A stretch of DNA of 31,771 bases from a virus (lineage: Duplodnaviria > Caudoviricetes), in the IMG/VR virus record IMGVR_UViG_3300049043_000038, positions 1 to 31,771 of that record, one strand, 5' to 3'. Positions 8,560 through 20,185 of this stretch are shown here, in pieces (position 1 is the stretch's first letter; each line of letters begins with the position of its first letter). Under the pieces are notes generated by a model that saw only the letters and a program-made list of their open reading frames with translations, had not been told where the DNA came from and searched no databases. Both the position numbers and the translations under genes were made by a program.

Positions 8560-10749
8560 CGGACCCGATTAGCGCCTGATTGGCCCCGATCATGCCGCCT
8601 GTCGCTCCACCAGCAAGGCGAGCAAAGCTCGTCCGTTGACGCCCGCGCGTCCAGCGCAGACTTCAAGCGCAAAAGCATTTGCTGCGCGTCCTTGCCCCGC
8701 GTCTGGGTCAAAGCGTTTGCGATTTCGCTATCGATCTTGTCCTGAAGAGCCAAACGTTCTTCAGGAGTTGCCCGCAAAAGTGTCTGGAAGATTCTCTTTG
8801 TTGCTCCGCCGAAACTACCTGACGGACAAGGTCCAAAACCGAAGAGTTCCTGAGGGCGTCTCTTGGTTGCCGGTCGAAGTGCGGCAAACGTCTGCGAACC
8901 TTTTGCCACTGCTTGCTTGAGTTGCGCCGCCTTTGCAAATCTGCCAACCTGGCCATAGAAAGACCGATATTCGCGATCCCCAAGGACAAGTTTCAATTTG
9001 TTGCGGGCATTCCTCGAGGACAGCTCCCTGATCGTTTTCGTCAACTCTTCAGGCCCGACGTCGGCGTCGTCCGGACAAAGCCTTGACGCGGCCGATGAGG
9101 TTGTCGAGGTAGTCGCGAATGCCTTTCCTGACCGCGTCAGTTTCTGGCTTTGTTGCCCCCTTGAGTTTCATGACAACGTCGTCAACTGTAGTCGCGTCAG
9201 ACATGACAGTCTGACCAAACTTGATCGCCGCAACTTCGCGTGCAGGCTCTGCTGCCGTGTCCAAAGCCACCCGGTATGGCTTGACGTTGTCAGCTAGGGT
9301 ATCGCGCACCAAGTTAGACAGTCGCTCAAGCGCGCGGCCCATTTTGGTTTGACCGCCAAGTTGCCCCATGCCGTCACCCTGCTCTGCCAATGCGTCCAAT
9401 GCTTCCTTGACATAGCTCATTTGGCGCATGTCGGGCATGGCCTTCAACGTCACCGTGCCGTCGTCGGCGACCTGAAGAAGGCGCTGCAATGATTCGTCGC
9501 CGTCAACCTTCATGAGTTTGGCAGCATATCCCCAAGCCTCTCCCGGGATTCGGGGAAATAGGCTTTCCAGTTTTTGCCGTGAGGCATTGGCGTAGTTGAT
9601 AGGTTGATTGAATGCGGTTTCGTAAGCTGTGCTGCGTGCTTCTGCGGGTTCCAGCGCGAATTGCTGCCATTCTCTGACCAACACCCACGGGAGCGCCGAG
9701 CGTGTTGTCCAACGTCTCGCGAAGCATACCGTCTGCACGGGTCAGTCTCCGCCCTATCGCCTCCCGTGCTGCCGTTGAGCCAGGGCCGCTTCGCGACAAT
9801 GCCGTGTCGAGAAGTTGGGTGGAAGCCCCCCGGCGTCCGCCAGCATGGCGTCAGGCCCGCCCCGAGCAATCCTGTCCGCGCCCTCGGTTGTTAAAGTGTC
9901 GTCAGCCGAAAGCTGCCTCAAAAGGATATTGGCTGCGTCACGGCTTACGCCTAGCTTCTTCAGCATTTGATCAGAAGCCAAATAATCCGTCAGCTTCTGA
10001 ACGCCGCGCGAAACGGCTGCTCCGGCATAAGGCGCAGCAAATCCCAACGGCGCGCCGATCACCGCGCCTATCGCCGCGTTGCCTGCACGGTTTCCCAGCC
10101 CACCTTCGCCGCGCGCAAATATCCGCCGCGCCGACCCCAGACTAGCGACAGCCCCCGCTTTCGCTGCCTGACCAAATGTAGGCATTACAACGCGCGCAGC
10201 CGTCTGAGGTTGCGTTGCGGCACCGCCAAGACCAAGAAAGCGAGCCGCTCCTACACCAGAAGCTATACCGCCAGCGATCTGCGTTCCCGTACTCAGGGCG
10301 CCAAATTGCTCGTCATTAAAACGATTTCTGGCCCTCTCGTAATCAAGGTTTTCCTGATAATCCCCACCACCAATCGTGTTCAACGCTGCACTGATTTCGT
10401 CATTGGCACCGCCAATGATAGGGACGCCTCTAGCAAAATCGCGAACAAAATTATCTGCCGCGTTCAGAACGCCTTGACCGAAATAATCCTCGCTGTTTGA
10501 CGCCCGCTGCTGCTCCTTGTTCACATAAGCGTCGGCAAGGGCTGAAAGCACATTCTGATCCGCGCCGATCAGACGCGCGCCGCGATATTGCTTCTTGAGC
10601 TGATCAAGGGACATTCCCTTATATGGGTCCGGAGCCTTTCTCTGCCGCGACTGTTGCGTAGGAAACGCTTCAGGAAGGTCGTCAAGGGGAACTTCCTGAC
10701 CCGCCAGATTATCCGGCAAATCGTCAACTGGAACCAAGCGGTCTGCCAT
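8546..10749 (-). CDS. Large DNA ejection/internal virion protein (P22 gp16 position)
   Basis: Ala/Gly-rich hydrophobic N-half followed by a long helical region; ORFs 9754-10749, 9503-9799, 9049-9738 and 8505-9044 join through indels; third of three ejection genes. Confidence 0.65.
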
Positions 10750-11832
10750 TATTCAAACACCCATTTCCCATTTCGTACAATGATCGGTTTGCCGCTTTTC
10801 GAACGCCCGCGCTGCCCTTCCTGTAAGCCAGACTGCGGCGCGGATCTTGCAGCGCCATTGCTTGGTGCGGAGGTTGCATAGGCGTCAACACCAGCTTGCT
10901 TCAGCCTGTCATTGTTAATGTTGCGCGCTCGATTTATGATTGATTGAACTGTCCCAAGTTGCGCGTTCAACCCCTCCGTCCCGCGCGCCATTTGCATAAT
11001 GCCTGTTGGGTCTTCGACAATTTTGGTCATGAGCATGTAGTCTGGACCGTTGAGCACACCCAACTCATACAAATTCTTCATTTGCATGAGGAGGTCGGTG
11101 TGTCTTGTTTCGACGCTTGAAACCTCCGGGCCTCTTGTAAGAAGCCTTCCAGTTGACGTGGTCTTGCCAAGGTCTGTGACGTAAGCCTTCAGGCTGTTTT
11201 CCAGCTCGTCGATCTGCTTGTTGCTATTGCGGATCTTGCTTCAGTTCGCCGGGCTGCAATCTCGCCGCGTCAGCGGGGCCACCCTTGATCGGCGCCAACT
11301 CTACCGCACCAGACGCACCACGGACCCACTGGTAACCACTTGGAGCCTTTCCTGCGATATCACCGCCGTCGCCACCGCCACCTCTGCTTGACGCCGCAGC
11401 AGCCGCATTTGAAGCACGGACCTGCGCATTCGCCACACGTTCAAGTCTGGCCTGCTCGCGCCGTTTCATTTCGGCCTCAAGCATGTCACCGAGCGACTGT
11501 GCTTCCGCTATCTTCTGTTCTCGCGTGCTGAAGTCAGGCGGCGGGCCTTCAATGCCTTTTTGCTGCATGTAGGCTGGTACATTCACAGCCCACTTTCCCG
11601 TGTGTCACTAAGAAACGCAACTTTCGCCAACTCTTCTTTGTTCGCCAAGGCCTGTTGCAACTGCCTGTCGTCCATTTGCCACTGAAACTGCTGGTCCGCC
11701 CGCTGATCCAGCGTTGCATCTGCCGCTGCTTCTGCAAAGCCGCGTCCGCTTCCTGCTGCTTACGGTCCATGGCCGTGTAGTAGGAATTTGAAGGAAGTTG
11801 CCGACAATGTTGGGTTGCTGAAGTTCTGGCAT
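10749..11832 (-). CDS. DNA ejection protein (P22 gp20 position)
   Basis: Gln-rich N-terminus, KAPSGYQW...LAPIKGGPAD motif, KNLYELGVLNGPD, C-terminal EGQRGRSKSGKPIIVRNGKWV; TAATG coupling to the next gene. Confidence 0.65.
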
Positions 11833-11844
11833 GGTGTGACCCCC

Positions 11845-12520
11845 TTATCTCGAATTCGGACCCGGGCGCAGATAGTATGGCGGCTGACCCGGGAGTCGGC
11901 GGCTTGTCGAACATGCCGCCCTTGTAGGCCCCGTAAAGCTGCATGCCCTGGCCGAGCGCGTTGTTGACGCCATTGGCCATGGTTGATGTAGTTGCCGGCC
12001 CTTGCATTACCGGCCTGCATGAACGCATTCGCCTGCCCAGCGGCGGCATTCGCCCCGCATTGCCGGTCTGCACGGCGGCATTCTGGCCAGTGTCGGTCAG
12101 GCCACCCAAGCGGCTCAGGTAGTTGTTGAAGTCGCCGAGATATAGCTGGCCCGCCCTGTCGCCAATTTCCTGCGCGGTTCCGCCTGAGAACAACCCGCCG
12201 CGTGCCGCCCGCGAAGCGTCAACGGCGTTCGTCGTGTCGCTGACGAGCTGGGCGAGGAAGGGGCTTTGCTTGTAATTCTGCAAGGCCGCGCCATAGGCTT
12301 CGTTTCCACCCAGCCCCAGCAAATTGCCATATGCTGGGTCATGGCGTTGCCGCCAACCTGGCGATAAGGGGCGAGGTCAGAGCGGATCTGCTCTGCGGCG
12401 CGGGTTTGAGCGTCTGCAGCCTGTGCGGCGGCTTTCTTCTGCGCACTCGCGGCCTTGTCTGCTGGCATAGGCGCTAGCGCCTGCGCCAACAACGGCGCTT
12501 CCAATGACTGCTGCAACCAT
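11845..12520 (-). CDS. DNA ejection protein, P22 gp7-like
   Basis: MVAAVIGSAVVGAGASAY..KAASAQ...DLAPYRQVG..A...SPF...ASRAARGGLFSGGT...FNNYLSRLGGL...GQNAA...AGNARA. Confidence 0.8.
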
Positions 12521-12524
12521 GTCT

Positions 12525-12987
12525 TCAATCTCCGATATATTTGATAAAGAGCCGTTCGGACCTCGTTCCAGCCGCCGCGCTCAAAGATCAGCGAAGCGTC
12601 CTTCGACAGCTTCGTTCCGGTGAAAAGCCTCTGCACGCCGCGCGCTTTCAAAGCCTTCTCTGCATTGGCAAAAAGCAGGCAGGCCCGTGGTCCACACACG
12701 GTGCGAGGGCGTCACATAGTACAGGTCATAAAATGCACTCAGCGAATGTGCGTAATGCAAAGTGCGGCCTGACAATCGCCGTCAAGTAGCCAATGCAGTC
12801 GCTCTTCGACACGACCGACCGTTACATGAAGCTGGCCCGTCTCATGCAAGCGTTCGTATTCGGCAAAGTTCGGATCAAGCGGAACCTTGTCCTTGTGCAT
12901 GGCGACTTCCTGCCAGTGCTTCGGCCAGTGTTCCTCAAGCTCATGCACAACGTCTGGCCATTGCTCTGTTGCGAAGGTTACTGGCAA
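12525..12987 (-). CDS. GNAT-family acetyltransferase (P22 gp14 position)
   Basis: HWQEVAMHKDKVPLDPNFAEYERL...GYL..IV..LHYAHSLSAFYDLYYVTPSHR..TG..LFANAEKALKARGVQRLFTGTK...LIFER.GW; frameshifted. Confidence 0.8.
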
Positions 12988-13523
12988 GGGCGAATGTCCA
13001 CGATCAAGGTCAGGCGGTCGTCGGCGCTGTTGTTCACCACTTCATGCTCAAGACCATTGTCAAACCACCAGACCTCTCCAGATCGCATTTGCACACGCTC
13101 TTCCCCTGCCCGGAACAGAACGCCCGGAAGGCTGTGCAGCGCCACCTGATACCGCTTGAAGTATTTCGCATGTTCGCCGCCGTCCACATGCGGATAGATC
13201 CGCCGACCAGGGGCAAGCCTTGTGATCAGAACCCGCCCCAGCCTCTCGCCTTCCACCTGACGCATGAGGCCGAACACAATGGACCTCACGCCCGGTATGG
13301 CATTCATGGCCGGGTAGTTCACGCTTTCATGCGCGTCTACAATGTCCTGCGGGCTGAGGGTGTCGCTTTGAAACCGCAACCAAATGTCGTCGCACTCAGC
13401 GTGCGGCGTGCCGGGGTAAACACGGCGCAAGTCGTTCTGGTTCCACAATTCAGGACGTGTCTGCAAGGAATGGACAATCGGGACCGTGTCCAGCCCCTCG
13501 CAGAGCTCGTAAAAGTTCCTCAC
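12978..13523 (-). CDS. Aspartyl/asparaginyl beta-hydroxylase-like 2OG-Fe(II) oxygenase
   Basis: Intact 181 aa; LGRVLITRLAPGRRIYPHVD...GEVWWFDNGLEHEVVNNSADDRLTLIVD with HxD...H facial triad and 2OG-binding Arg. Confidence 0.9.
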   Translation of the reverse strand: MRNFYELCEGLDTVPIVHSLQTRPELWNQNDLRRVYPGTPHAECDDIWLRFQSDTLSPQDIVDAHESVNYPAMNAIPGVRSIVFGLMRQVEGERLGRVLITRLAPGRRIYPHVDGGEHAKYFKRYQVALHSLPGVLFRAGEERVQMRSGEVWWFDNGLEHEVVNNSADDRLTLIVDIRPCQ

Positions 13524-13816
13524 CGCGCCCTCACGATAAAGCCGGGGTCATTCGGGATCGTCACCGTCGTTGCGGTGATCGTATAGGCCGTGTCGTTGAC
13601 CGCATAGTCGTAAAGGTCAGGGTAATCCACCTTCGTCACCGTCTGCCCCGTCTTCTTCAAGAACCGTGCATTGGGAACCGTGCCCCCGAACTTCAGGCTC
13701 GCCCCGACCGGCACCAGGCATTCCTCATAGTCCAGAATGGCCTGAAGAAAGCCCAACACTTCCCGGTCGTCCCCATGCAGCTTCACGGGCACATTGGGGC
13801 GAACACGGCGTGTCAC
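13520..13816 (-). CDS. Small tail protein with tail-collar-like domain (gp26/needle position)
   Basis: VPVGASLKFGGTVPNARFLKKTGQTVTKVDYPDLY resembles the phage tail collar motif. Confidence 0.6.
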   Translation of the reverse strand: MTRRVRPNVPVKLHGDDREVLGFLQAILDYEECLVPVGASLKFGGTVPNARFLKKTGQTVTKVDYPDLYDYAVNDTAYTITATTVTIPNDPGFIVRAR

Positions 13817-14264
13817 TGGCTAATTCCAAGCATACGGTTGCGCGCCTCGAGGCGGGCCTGATCGTCAAGACGTGTCCGAATGCGCTGGTTGTTGAGCGCC
13901 ATGGGGCCAAGGCTCTGGCCCATTTGCTGGGCGGTCTGCGGATCTGCCGACTGCTGCATGAGGCCGAGCCTCGCCAGAAGGTTCTGGAAGCCCGGAACCG
14001 ATCCCAAGCCTGTCGCCTGCTGAACCCGCACCGGACCCTGCGGCATGGTTCCACGGGACTGCCTGGATATAGTCAGCAATGCTCATGGAAGGCTGTGGCG
14101 TGGTGTTGGGCATGGCCTCGAACATGGCCTGACGCTCCGCCTCGCGCTGCTGCTTGTACATGGCTTCGAGTTCCGCTTCCTTCTGAAGCGCCTTCTGCCG
14201 GGCGAGTTCGTTGAGCGTCGATCCCGCCCTTGCCCTGAAGCCTGAGAAGCATGTTGTCCGGCAT
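13813..14264 (-). CDS. Hypothetical Gln-rich virion-region protein (frameshifted)
   Basis: Overlapping start/stop codons with both neighbours; ORFs 14073-14264, 13865-14161 and 13813-14079. Confidence 0.5.
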
Positions 14265-15706
14265 TAGTGTGCCCCTAGTTGAATATCTGCATATGACCCG
14301 AGGAAGACAGCCTTCACCGGATCAAGCGACGCGAAACTTGATAATGCGGTCCCGATACGAACCGCAGGCAAACCACACCGCCCGCCACTTGTTCTGCCCC
14401 GCAGGTCCCATGCTGGCCTCGCGCGGGTTGGACCATGTTCGGCCCCCGTCGTCCGACCATGAGGCCATGACTTTCGGGTCTAGACCCTTGACCTGTCACG
14501 AGACCCACACCCGCCTCAATATCCAGTTCAAGCCGGGGCATGAACGCACGCCTGCCGTCGTGGCTCAGTTGACTTGTCGTCGCCTCACGCACTAGTCCCG
14601 CTCCATTTTCGGCATAGGCGTCGGGCAATGAGTTCGTACAGGTTTCCGTCCGAGCGATCCGACGATCTGCCGTGCGACCGTTCAAGGCGAGGTTGTCGCG
14701 CGTCCCAGCCGCCGGTTGCGTCGGCCCCCATGGGCCGCGATCCCGACTTTCGATAAGACCAGAGGTTCGTCGATATGTCCCACGCAAAGGCCCATTCGCT
14801 GGGCAGGGTCAGCACATAGAACAAGTGCCCACGCTGCTGATAGGCAAAGGCCCGGATCTTCGAACAGGTCGCTGGCCTGCTCGAGCACGTTGTCGATCTC
14901 AGGGGGTGAGATCTTGCGCGGTGCATAGCCTTCGGCGCGATAGACCGAAACCCCGCCCGCCCTTCCGTCACGTCCGACCCATGTCAGACCCGCTATCGAC
15001 CACGACCGGCACTGTCACGCGACACGCAGCCGATATTCGCCGCAGCCGTCGCCGTCTCGGCAAAAGCATTTGCGCCCGCGTCGCCCGTCGGCCCCCACCA
15101 TTCAACCCGTCCGTGATCCGAGCAAGGCCACGTCATTGGCAACCGCGCGAACCGCCACCAGGTTGTCGCTTTCCGCTTCGGCGGTTGCGAAGTTGTTGAC
15201 CGGAAATGTCAGGTCGTTGATCAGCTTCCAGCGGAAGCGGCCCGTGTCCTTGCAGGAAATGATCGAATAGCTTGCTAAGGCCGTGCAGCTTGTCGCCTGC
15301 TCGATAGCCGCCCCCGGTATGCTCTGTCAGGGTCAGGCTCTGCACGTCATACTGATAGCTTTTTGACTTCGGCGATAATGTCAAGCTGCGCGCCGTTGTA
15401 GCCCATATCCACCGGCAGCGCGCCTTCGATCGCACCGAGGCTCGTCGTCACGCCACCTGAAGTGACCGAATAAAGGCTGGTGCCCACGACCGCATAATGC
15501 ACGTCGGAGGCTGTATACTGCCCCCGGACAATGCCCCCGCCAATGGTTGCAAAAAGCGTGCGGGCTGGCGTGCCATAGCACACGAAGTCCGTGCGCCCCT
15601 CGCCCTCGACCGGCTCGCCGTACATGTTGACAAGAGAGGTCATGCCAGCGGCTTTGCTGCGTCCATTGTTGAACGCACGGCCAAAGGGAACGCGAACGCG
15701 GGGCAT
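14264..15706 (-). CDS. Tail hub / packaged-DNA stabilisation protein, P22 gp10-like
   Basis: LVNMYGEP...YGTP..TLFATIGGGIVRG...NFATAEAESDNLVAV...AFAYQQRGHLFYVLTLP..WAFAWDISTNLW...LELDIEAGVG...WSDDGGRTWS. Confidence 0.85.
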
Positions 15707-15710
15707 GGGG

Positions 15711-16297
15711 CTAACTCCAGATCGCGAGGATATAGCCGTCAAAGCCGGGGTCGGAGGCTGCTGACGCGAAAGCGCCGTCGCCCGGCCCCTGCACGGTGCT
15801 GAAGATCGCGCCAGAGAAGTCAACGCCCCCCGCCCGACCGGGCGTGCCTGGGGCTTCGTCACCGGGCGGTCCCGCGACATAGCCAGATCCAGCCCCGCCC
15901 GAGACATTGGTGTCGCCGCCCGTAGCCGTTCCCCCGGCACCGTCAGAAATGCTCGTCCCCTTGACGCCACCGTTGCAGGTGACCGACACCGCTGAGCCGT
16001 TCAGGGTTCCAGACAATGTGGTGTTGCCGCCATTGTTCGCTGAACTTCCAGCGCCGACCGCTATGGTCAGGCTTGTTCCCATTCGCCGGAAAGGACAGAG
16101 CGGGTGACATAGGCAAAGCCCCCGCCACCCCCAGCCGATCCGTCGACTGGTGGCACGCGACCGAAGGCAGCGCCGCCTGCCGCTTGCAGCCAGAGCTGGA
16201 CCCTTGTGACATTCGACGGGATCACAATGGACGTGGCCCCGGGCGCATGAGACGTGCCGCGATTGGCCAGAAGCGAGGCGTTGACTACACCGGGCAT
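15711..16297 (-). CDS. Glycine-rich domain virion protein
   Basis: SIVIPSNVTRVQLWLQAAGG...GGGGGFAYVT...LTIAVGAG...GGTATGGDTNVSGGAG...GFDGYILAIW. Confidence 0.7.
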
Positions 16298-16306
16298 GAA
16301 ACCCCT

Positions 16307-16750
16307 CTAAGACGACAGGCCCCGCCGAACCGGCAATGATCCAGGTGTTTGTCGCGACCTTGCGCAAAGTGGCTGTGTTCCCGCGTGCAAGCGTGCGCGT
16401 GGCTGGGTTTGCGCCCAAGGTGCCCACACCGTCGCCCCTGAAAATGCTGACGGCGGCGTCCTTGCCAATGGTCACGACAGTTGCGACCGCCGAGCCACCA
16501 TTCGTGTTGTCGAGAAGGATCGTCGCGCCGATGGGAAATGCTGTCGTCGCATTTGCAGGCACGTTCCACTGCCTGGGCCGTGTCGTCGCCCTTGTGGATC
16601 ACTTTTCCGTTGTCAGACAGGACCAGCGTGCAGTCGTACCACCCGTGCGGGTGTTCATCGGTGTCCACGAAAGCCTACCGTGCGCTCGCTTGTCGAACCT
16701 GCGTCTGCCGTGTCAACGTCGGCGACCGTCGTGTTCTTGATCACACCCAT
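16307..16750 (-). CDS. Fibre-associated beta-domain protein
   Basis: TLVLSDNGKVI...VPANATTAFPIGATILLDN...RTLARGNTATLRKVATNTWIIAG. Confidence 0.7.
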
Positions 16751-16752
16751 GG

Positions 16753-17051
16753 TCAGGGCACCGAAACAGGCTTAAGAAGAATACCCGTGGGCGATCCAGT
16801 TATCAGAACCCGCACAACTCGAGTCAGCACCAAGCGTGACTTCGAGGAAGGCATTCGCCGTCATGGTCGCGCCCGTGATATTGGTGGCCGTGCCGTTGGC
16901 GTTCTTGGCCTGTAACTGAAGGGTCGCCGCGTTGAACGTGCCCTCGGCTTCCCAAATATAATCACCGCCCTTGACGGTGACCCAGTTTCCCGGTGGCCGC
17001 TGCATTGGTCAGCAGGGTCACATTCTCAACGTAGAACGTATTCATGGACAT
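16753..17051 (-). CDS. Small beta-rich structural protein
   Basis: LLTNAAATGNWVTVKGGDYIWEAEGTFNAATLQLQ...ITGATMTAN; jelly-roll-like pattern; frameshifted. Confidence 0.55.
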
Positions 17052-17063
17052 GGCGTCGATCCT

Positions 17064-17430
17064 TCAGAAAATACTCAGACATGACAGGCTCTTTGCTTGA
17101 TCGCTGGCTGACATGCCGCTCAAGCAGCCTCAGGCCCGCGTCGGCCAGAACGTAGGGCGTGTCGGACTGCGGTCCGCGCCCGTACATTTCAGCACACTGC
17201 CCAGCCAGAATTTGCGCAAAGGGAAGTGCCGCCGCGTCTGGAATGACGCCGTCCAGCCAGTAGCGAAGCCCCTCTTCGATCAGCCACGCGCGCACCTTGT
17301 CGGCCCGCCGCAGCGATCCGGTCAGCGTCGTCGGCACCGAGCGACTGCCCGCGCCCGATCCAGGCCAAGCTCCTCGCCGACAAGCTGATACAGCTGGACA
17401 TTGGTGATCGTCATTCTGCGACCTCGTCAC
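17064..17430 (-). CDS. Head-tail adaptor (P22 gp4 position)
   Basis: EELGLIGRGQSLGADDAD...IPDAAALPFAQILAGQCAEMYG...LRLL...VMSEYF*; C-terminal EYF typical of this adaptor family. Confidence 0.65.
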
Positions 17431-17672
17431 TCACAACCTTGCGCGGATCGCCCGCGCTTGGGCTTGGGCGCGTCGAACACATTCTGGACCAGTTGCTCGA
17501 AGGCCACCTCGTCCGCCGCTTCGAAAAGCGGGTGGTGCTTGAGCTTCGCCATGGCCTGCTGGGGCCTTCGACCGTGACCCCACTCCCCGAGCGGGAACGT
17601 AAAGCCGAATGCAGTTGTTTCTTGGGGTATGTCGGCGGGGCTGAGATCGCCGCCCGTGAACCTGATCAGCAT
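17427..17672 (-). CDS. Small conserved head-region protein
   Basis: MLIRFTG...TTAFGFTFPLGEW...AKLKHHPLFE...PKPKRGR basic tail; GGAGG RBS. Confidence 0.6.
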   Translation of the reverse strand: MLIRFTGGDLSPADIPQETTAFGFTFPLGEWGHGRRPQQAMAKLKHHPLFEAADEVAFEQLVQNVFDAPKPKRGRSAQGCE

Positions 17673-17697
17673 TGAACCTCCGCTGAAGAAACGGCCA

Positions 17698-17719
17698 GGG
17701 GCGGACATAAGCCCGCCCC
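17698..17719 (-). terminator. GC-rich hairpin after the capsid and decoration genes (attenuating terminator or mRNA stabiliser)
   Basis: GGGGCGGGC-TTAT-GTCCGCCCC on the minus strand; only a weak U-tract follows. Confidence 0.55.
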
Positions 17720-17732
17720 CGTGCCTTCATTG

Positions 17733-18176
17733 TTAGGACGCTGTGCCTTCGAACCGGCCCCACAGGGACAGCGTCACGGTGCCCGTCGTGCCCGTCGCCG
17801 GGCCAGTAGGAATAGCTCCCGTAATTGTCGTGTCGTCGGTGTACAGGTAATGCAAGCCCGTTGTCGCAAGCGCCGTGCCTGCCGTTCCTGCCTGGCCTAC
17901 CGACGAAGCCGCAAAAAGACGGTCAGCGTCGCCGCTGTCGCCAATGTTGATCGTCACCGTCGGCGAAACGTTTGCGTGTCGATGTCCGTTGACTCCAGAG
18001 CGCCGCCAAGAACGCGAAAGCCCTTTGGAACGCGGAAAAAGTTGAACGTGTCACCGTTGGCCGCGTTGGCCGTAATGACGACTTCAGGCGAAATAGCTCA
18101 CCATATTGCCAGGGAATGCGCCCTGAGTGACGTTGTTGCCATTGTTGGTCAACAGCGCTGAAGTATATGCAGCCAT
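17733..18176 (-). CDS. Capsid decoration/cement protein
   Basis: Directly after MCP; ANGDTFNFFRVPKGFRVLG...DIDT..PTVTINIGDSGDADRLFAAS..GQAG...TGLHYLYT. Confidence 0.7.
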
Positions 18177-18195
18177 ATGTTCAGTCCTTTCCTAA

Positions 18196-19363
18196 TTAAT
18201 CGCCAGTGCCCGAGGTATATACGGTCACAATTCCATGCTGCTTCGAGGCCGAGACTTGCGCCGGTCGCAAAGTGCAGCTTGGAAATGCCACGCAGTTCCT
18301 CAATGGCAACGCCCGGGCGGAACGAGTAATCGCCCTTCGTGTCGGTGACCGGCGTCGGTTCCTGACCCCACGCAACCGCCATGGCCTGCTGGCCACAGAG
18401 GAAGTTAGGTTCGACCGGAATGGTCGAAGGCACCCGCCGCGACGAACGTCGAAGACGTGGTGATCAGCGTCGAGATTTCCTCGATCTGCCTCACGATCAC
18501 GCCGTCATAGATCAGGTCGCCGTCCTGGAAGAGCGGGTTCGAGTTCATGCCGCCACCTTCACGCGCACGCGCGTCACGGTTGGCGTTGATCATGACCGAG
18601 TCATTCTTCAGGTCGCGGAACGAGCGGGCGCCCGCGAACATGACGAAATATTCCCGCACCGTCTTCCAGACGGAACGGACGAACGGCAGGGCTTGCAGCC
18701 TTGGCCATGCGCTTGGCAAGCGAGACAACCGAAGCCGTGTCAGCTTGTCGTTCGTCGAGTCAACGGCACCGAGGCCCTGTCGCATGCGTGGCGCTGTAGT
18801 TCGACAGGGCCGATCCGAAGAGGATACGGTCCTGATTGGCTGCACACCACGTATTGAAGTTCGCAGCCGTCGCACCCGCAACGACGGTGTTGCCGTCGCT
18901 GTCAATGATCGCCGTCGCCGGGATCGAAGACGTGGTGACGGTCGGACCCGCCATGTATTTGATCATGTCAGCCCGAAGCGTGTCCGAAGACCACAGCTTG
19001 AGCATGTCACGACCGGCGTTGAGAAGGTCGATCTCAGTCTTGTACTGGGTCGACTTCGGCACCTTCACCGCGTTGCGGATCCAGTCAACAGACACGGCGC
19101 AGTTGTAGTTGCCGAGCTGCTCTTCCTTGCCGTCGAGAACGCCAGAACCACGAACACCCGCCGCCGTGAGCTTGGTCACCAGCGGAATGTTGATCGTCTT
19201 GCCGTTTTCAGAAGCAAGCTCGGTACTTCGTCATAATGATCGAAGAGGACTTGCGGCCCATGTCAGGGCAGGAGGCCCGACTGGCGGACATCATCCGCGG
19301 AGGTAAGCTGGCTTGAACCACTTTTGCTTTCTCCAAAGCGGACGAGAGCATAGTCTCTGCCAT
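18196..19363 (-). CDS. Major capsid protein, N4-gp56/DUF4043 type
   Basis: GKTINIPLVTKL...GVRGSGVLDGKEEQL...RNAV...IDLLNAGRDML..W...NPLFQDGDLIYDGVIVRQI...FLCGQQAMAVAWG...DY.F..GVAI...KQHGIVTVY. Confidence 0.88.
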
Positions 19364-19376
19364 GGCCAGATGTTCC

Positions 19377-20169
19377 TTATGAACGGAACACCGCGTTGAA
19401 CGCCTCCCCCGGACAGGACGGGTGCGCTAGGGGCCTCTGCCCGCCTGCGCTAATGGCGCAGACGCTAAGGACTGCGCGTTGGAAGCGGTGATTGCCGCGG
19501 GGACAGCGCAGGCGTCCCGGCGTCCACCGCCTGTGTGGCTCTGACGTAGCCGTTGGCCTCAGCCCATTTCTGTGCCCAGGCTTCAGGGTCGGCTGGTCGC
19601 CGATTTTCGACAGGCGAAGTGACCGCCTGATGGCTCTGCACCACGAAGTCATAAGGATCGACCTGACGTTGAACCGTGGCCCAGAAATGCGGGTTCTGCT
19701 GCAGTTCGCCTGCAAGCCAGTCTTCCGCAGCCTTGACCTTTTCAGCACCATGCTGGCGCGAGGCCGTGGCATGGCTTATGGACGTGATGATTTCCCAGCG
19801 GTCCTTGGCCCGTTGCATTTCCAGTTGACGGTTGAAGCCGTCGGGATCTGCAATGGGGTCGATGGGCTGCTGTGGCCTTTCAGCTTCCTGCGCCTTCCGG
19901 CGGTACTCTTCGAGTTCGCGTTCAAGGCGCTGGCGCTTTTCGCGTTCGTCCAGAACCGCTGCCATGGGTATGTATCCGGCTGGTGGCTGTACGGGGCCAC
20001 TGGCCGGCTGAACCGCGGCAGGTGTCTGGCTTTCCGGTGCGGGCGCTTGGGGCGGCGGCTCTGGGCTTGCAGGCGGCGCTGAAGAAACTTCAGGCGCGGG
20101 CTGCGTGTCTTCTTTCGACGCGAAACGTCCATTCTCGTCCCACAGGAACGAGAGCTTGTCCTCTGTCAT
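19377..20169 (-). CDS. Capsid scaffolding protein
   Basis: DENGRFA motif, Pro-rich linker, YIPMAAVLDEREKRQ coiled coil, HGAEKVKAA..W, DPYDFV, KIG..DPEAW; immediately upstream of MCP; AAGGA RBS. Confidence 0.8.
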
Positions 20170-20185
20170 GTTGATCCTTGGCAAT

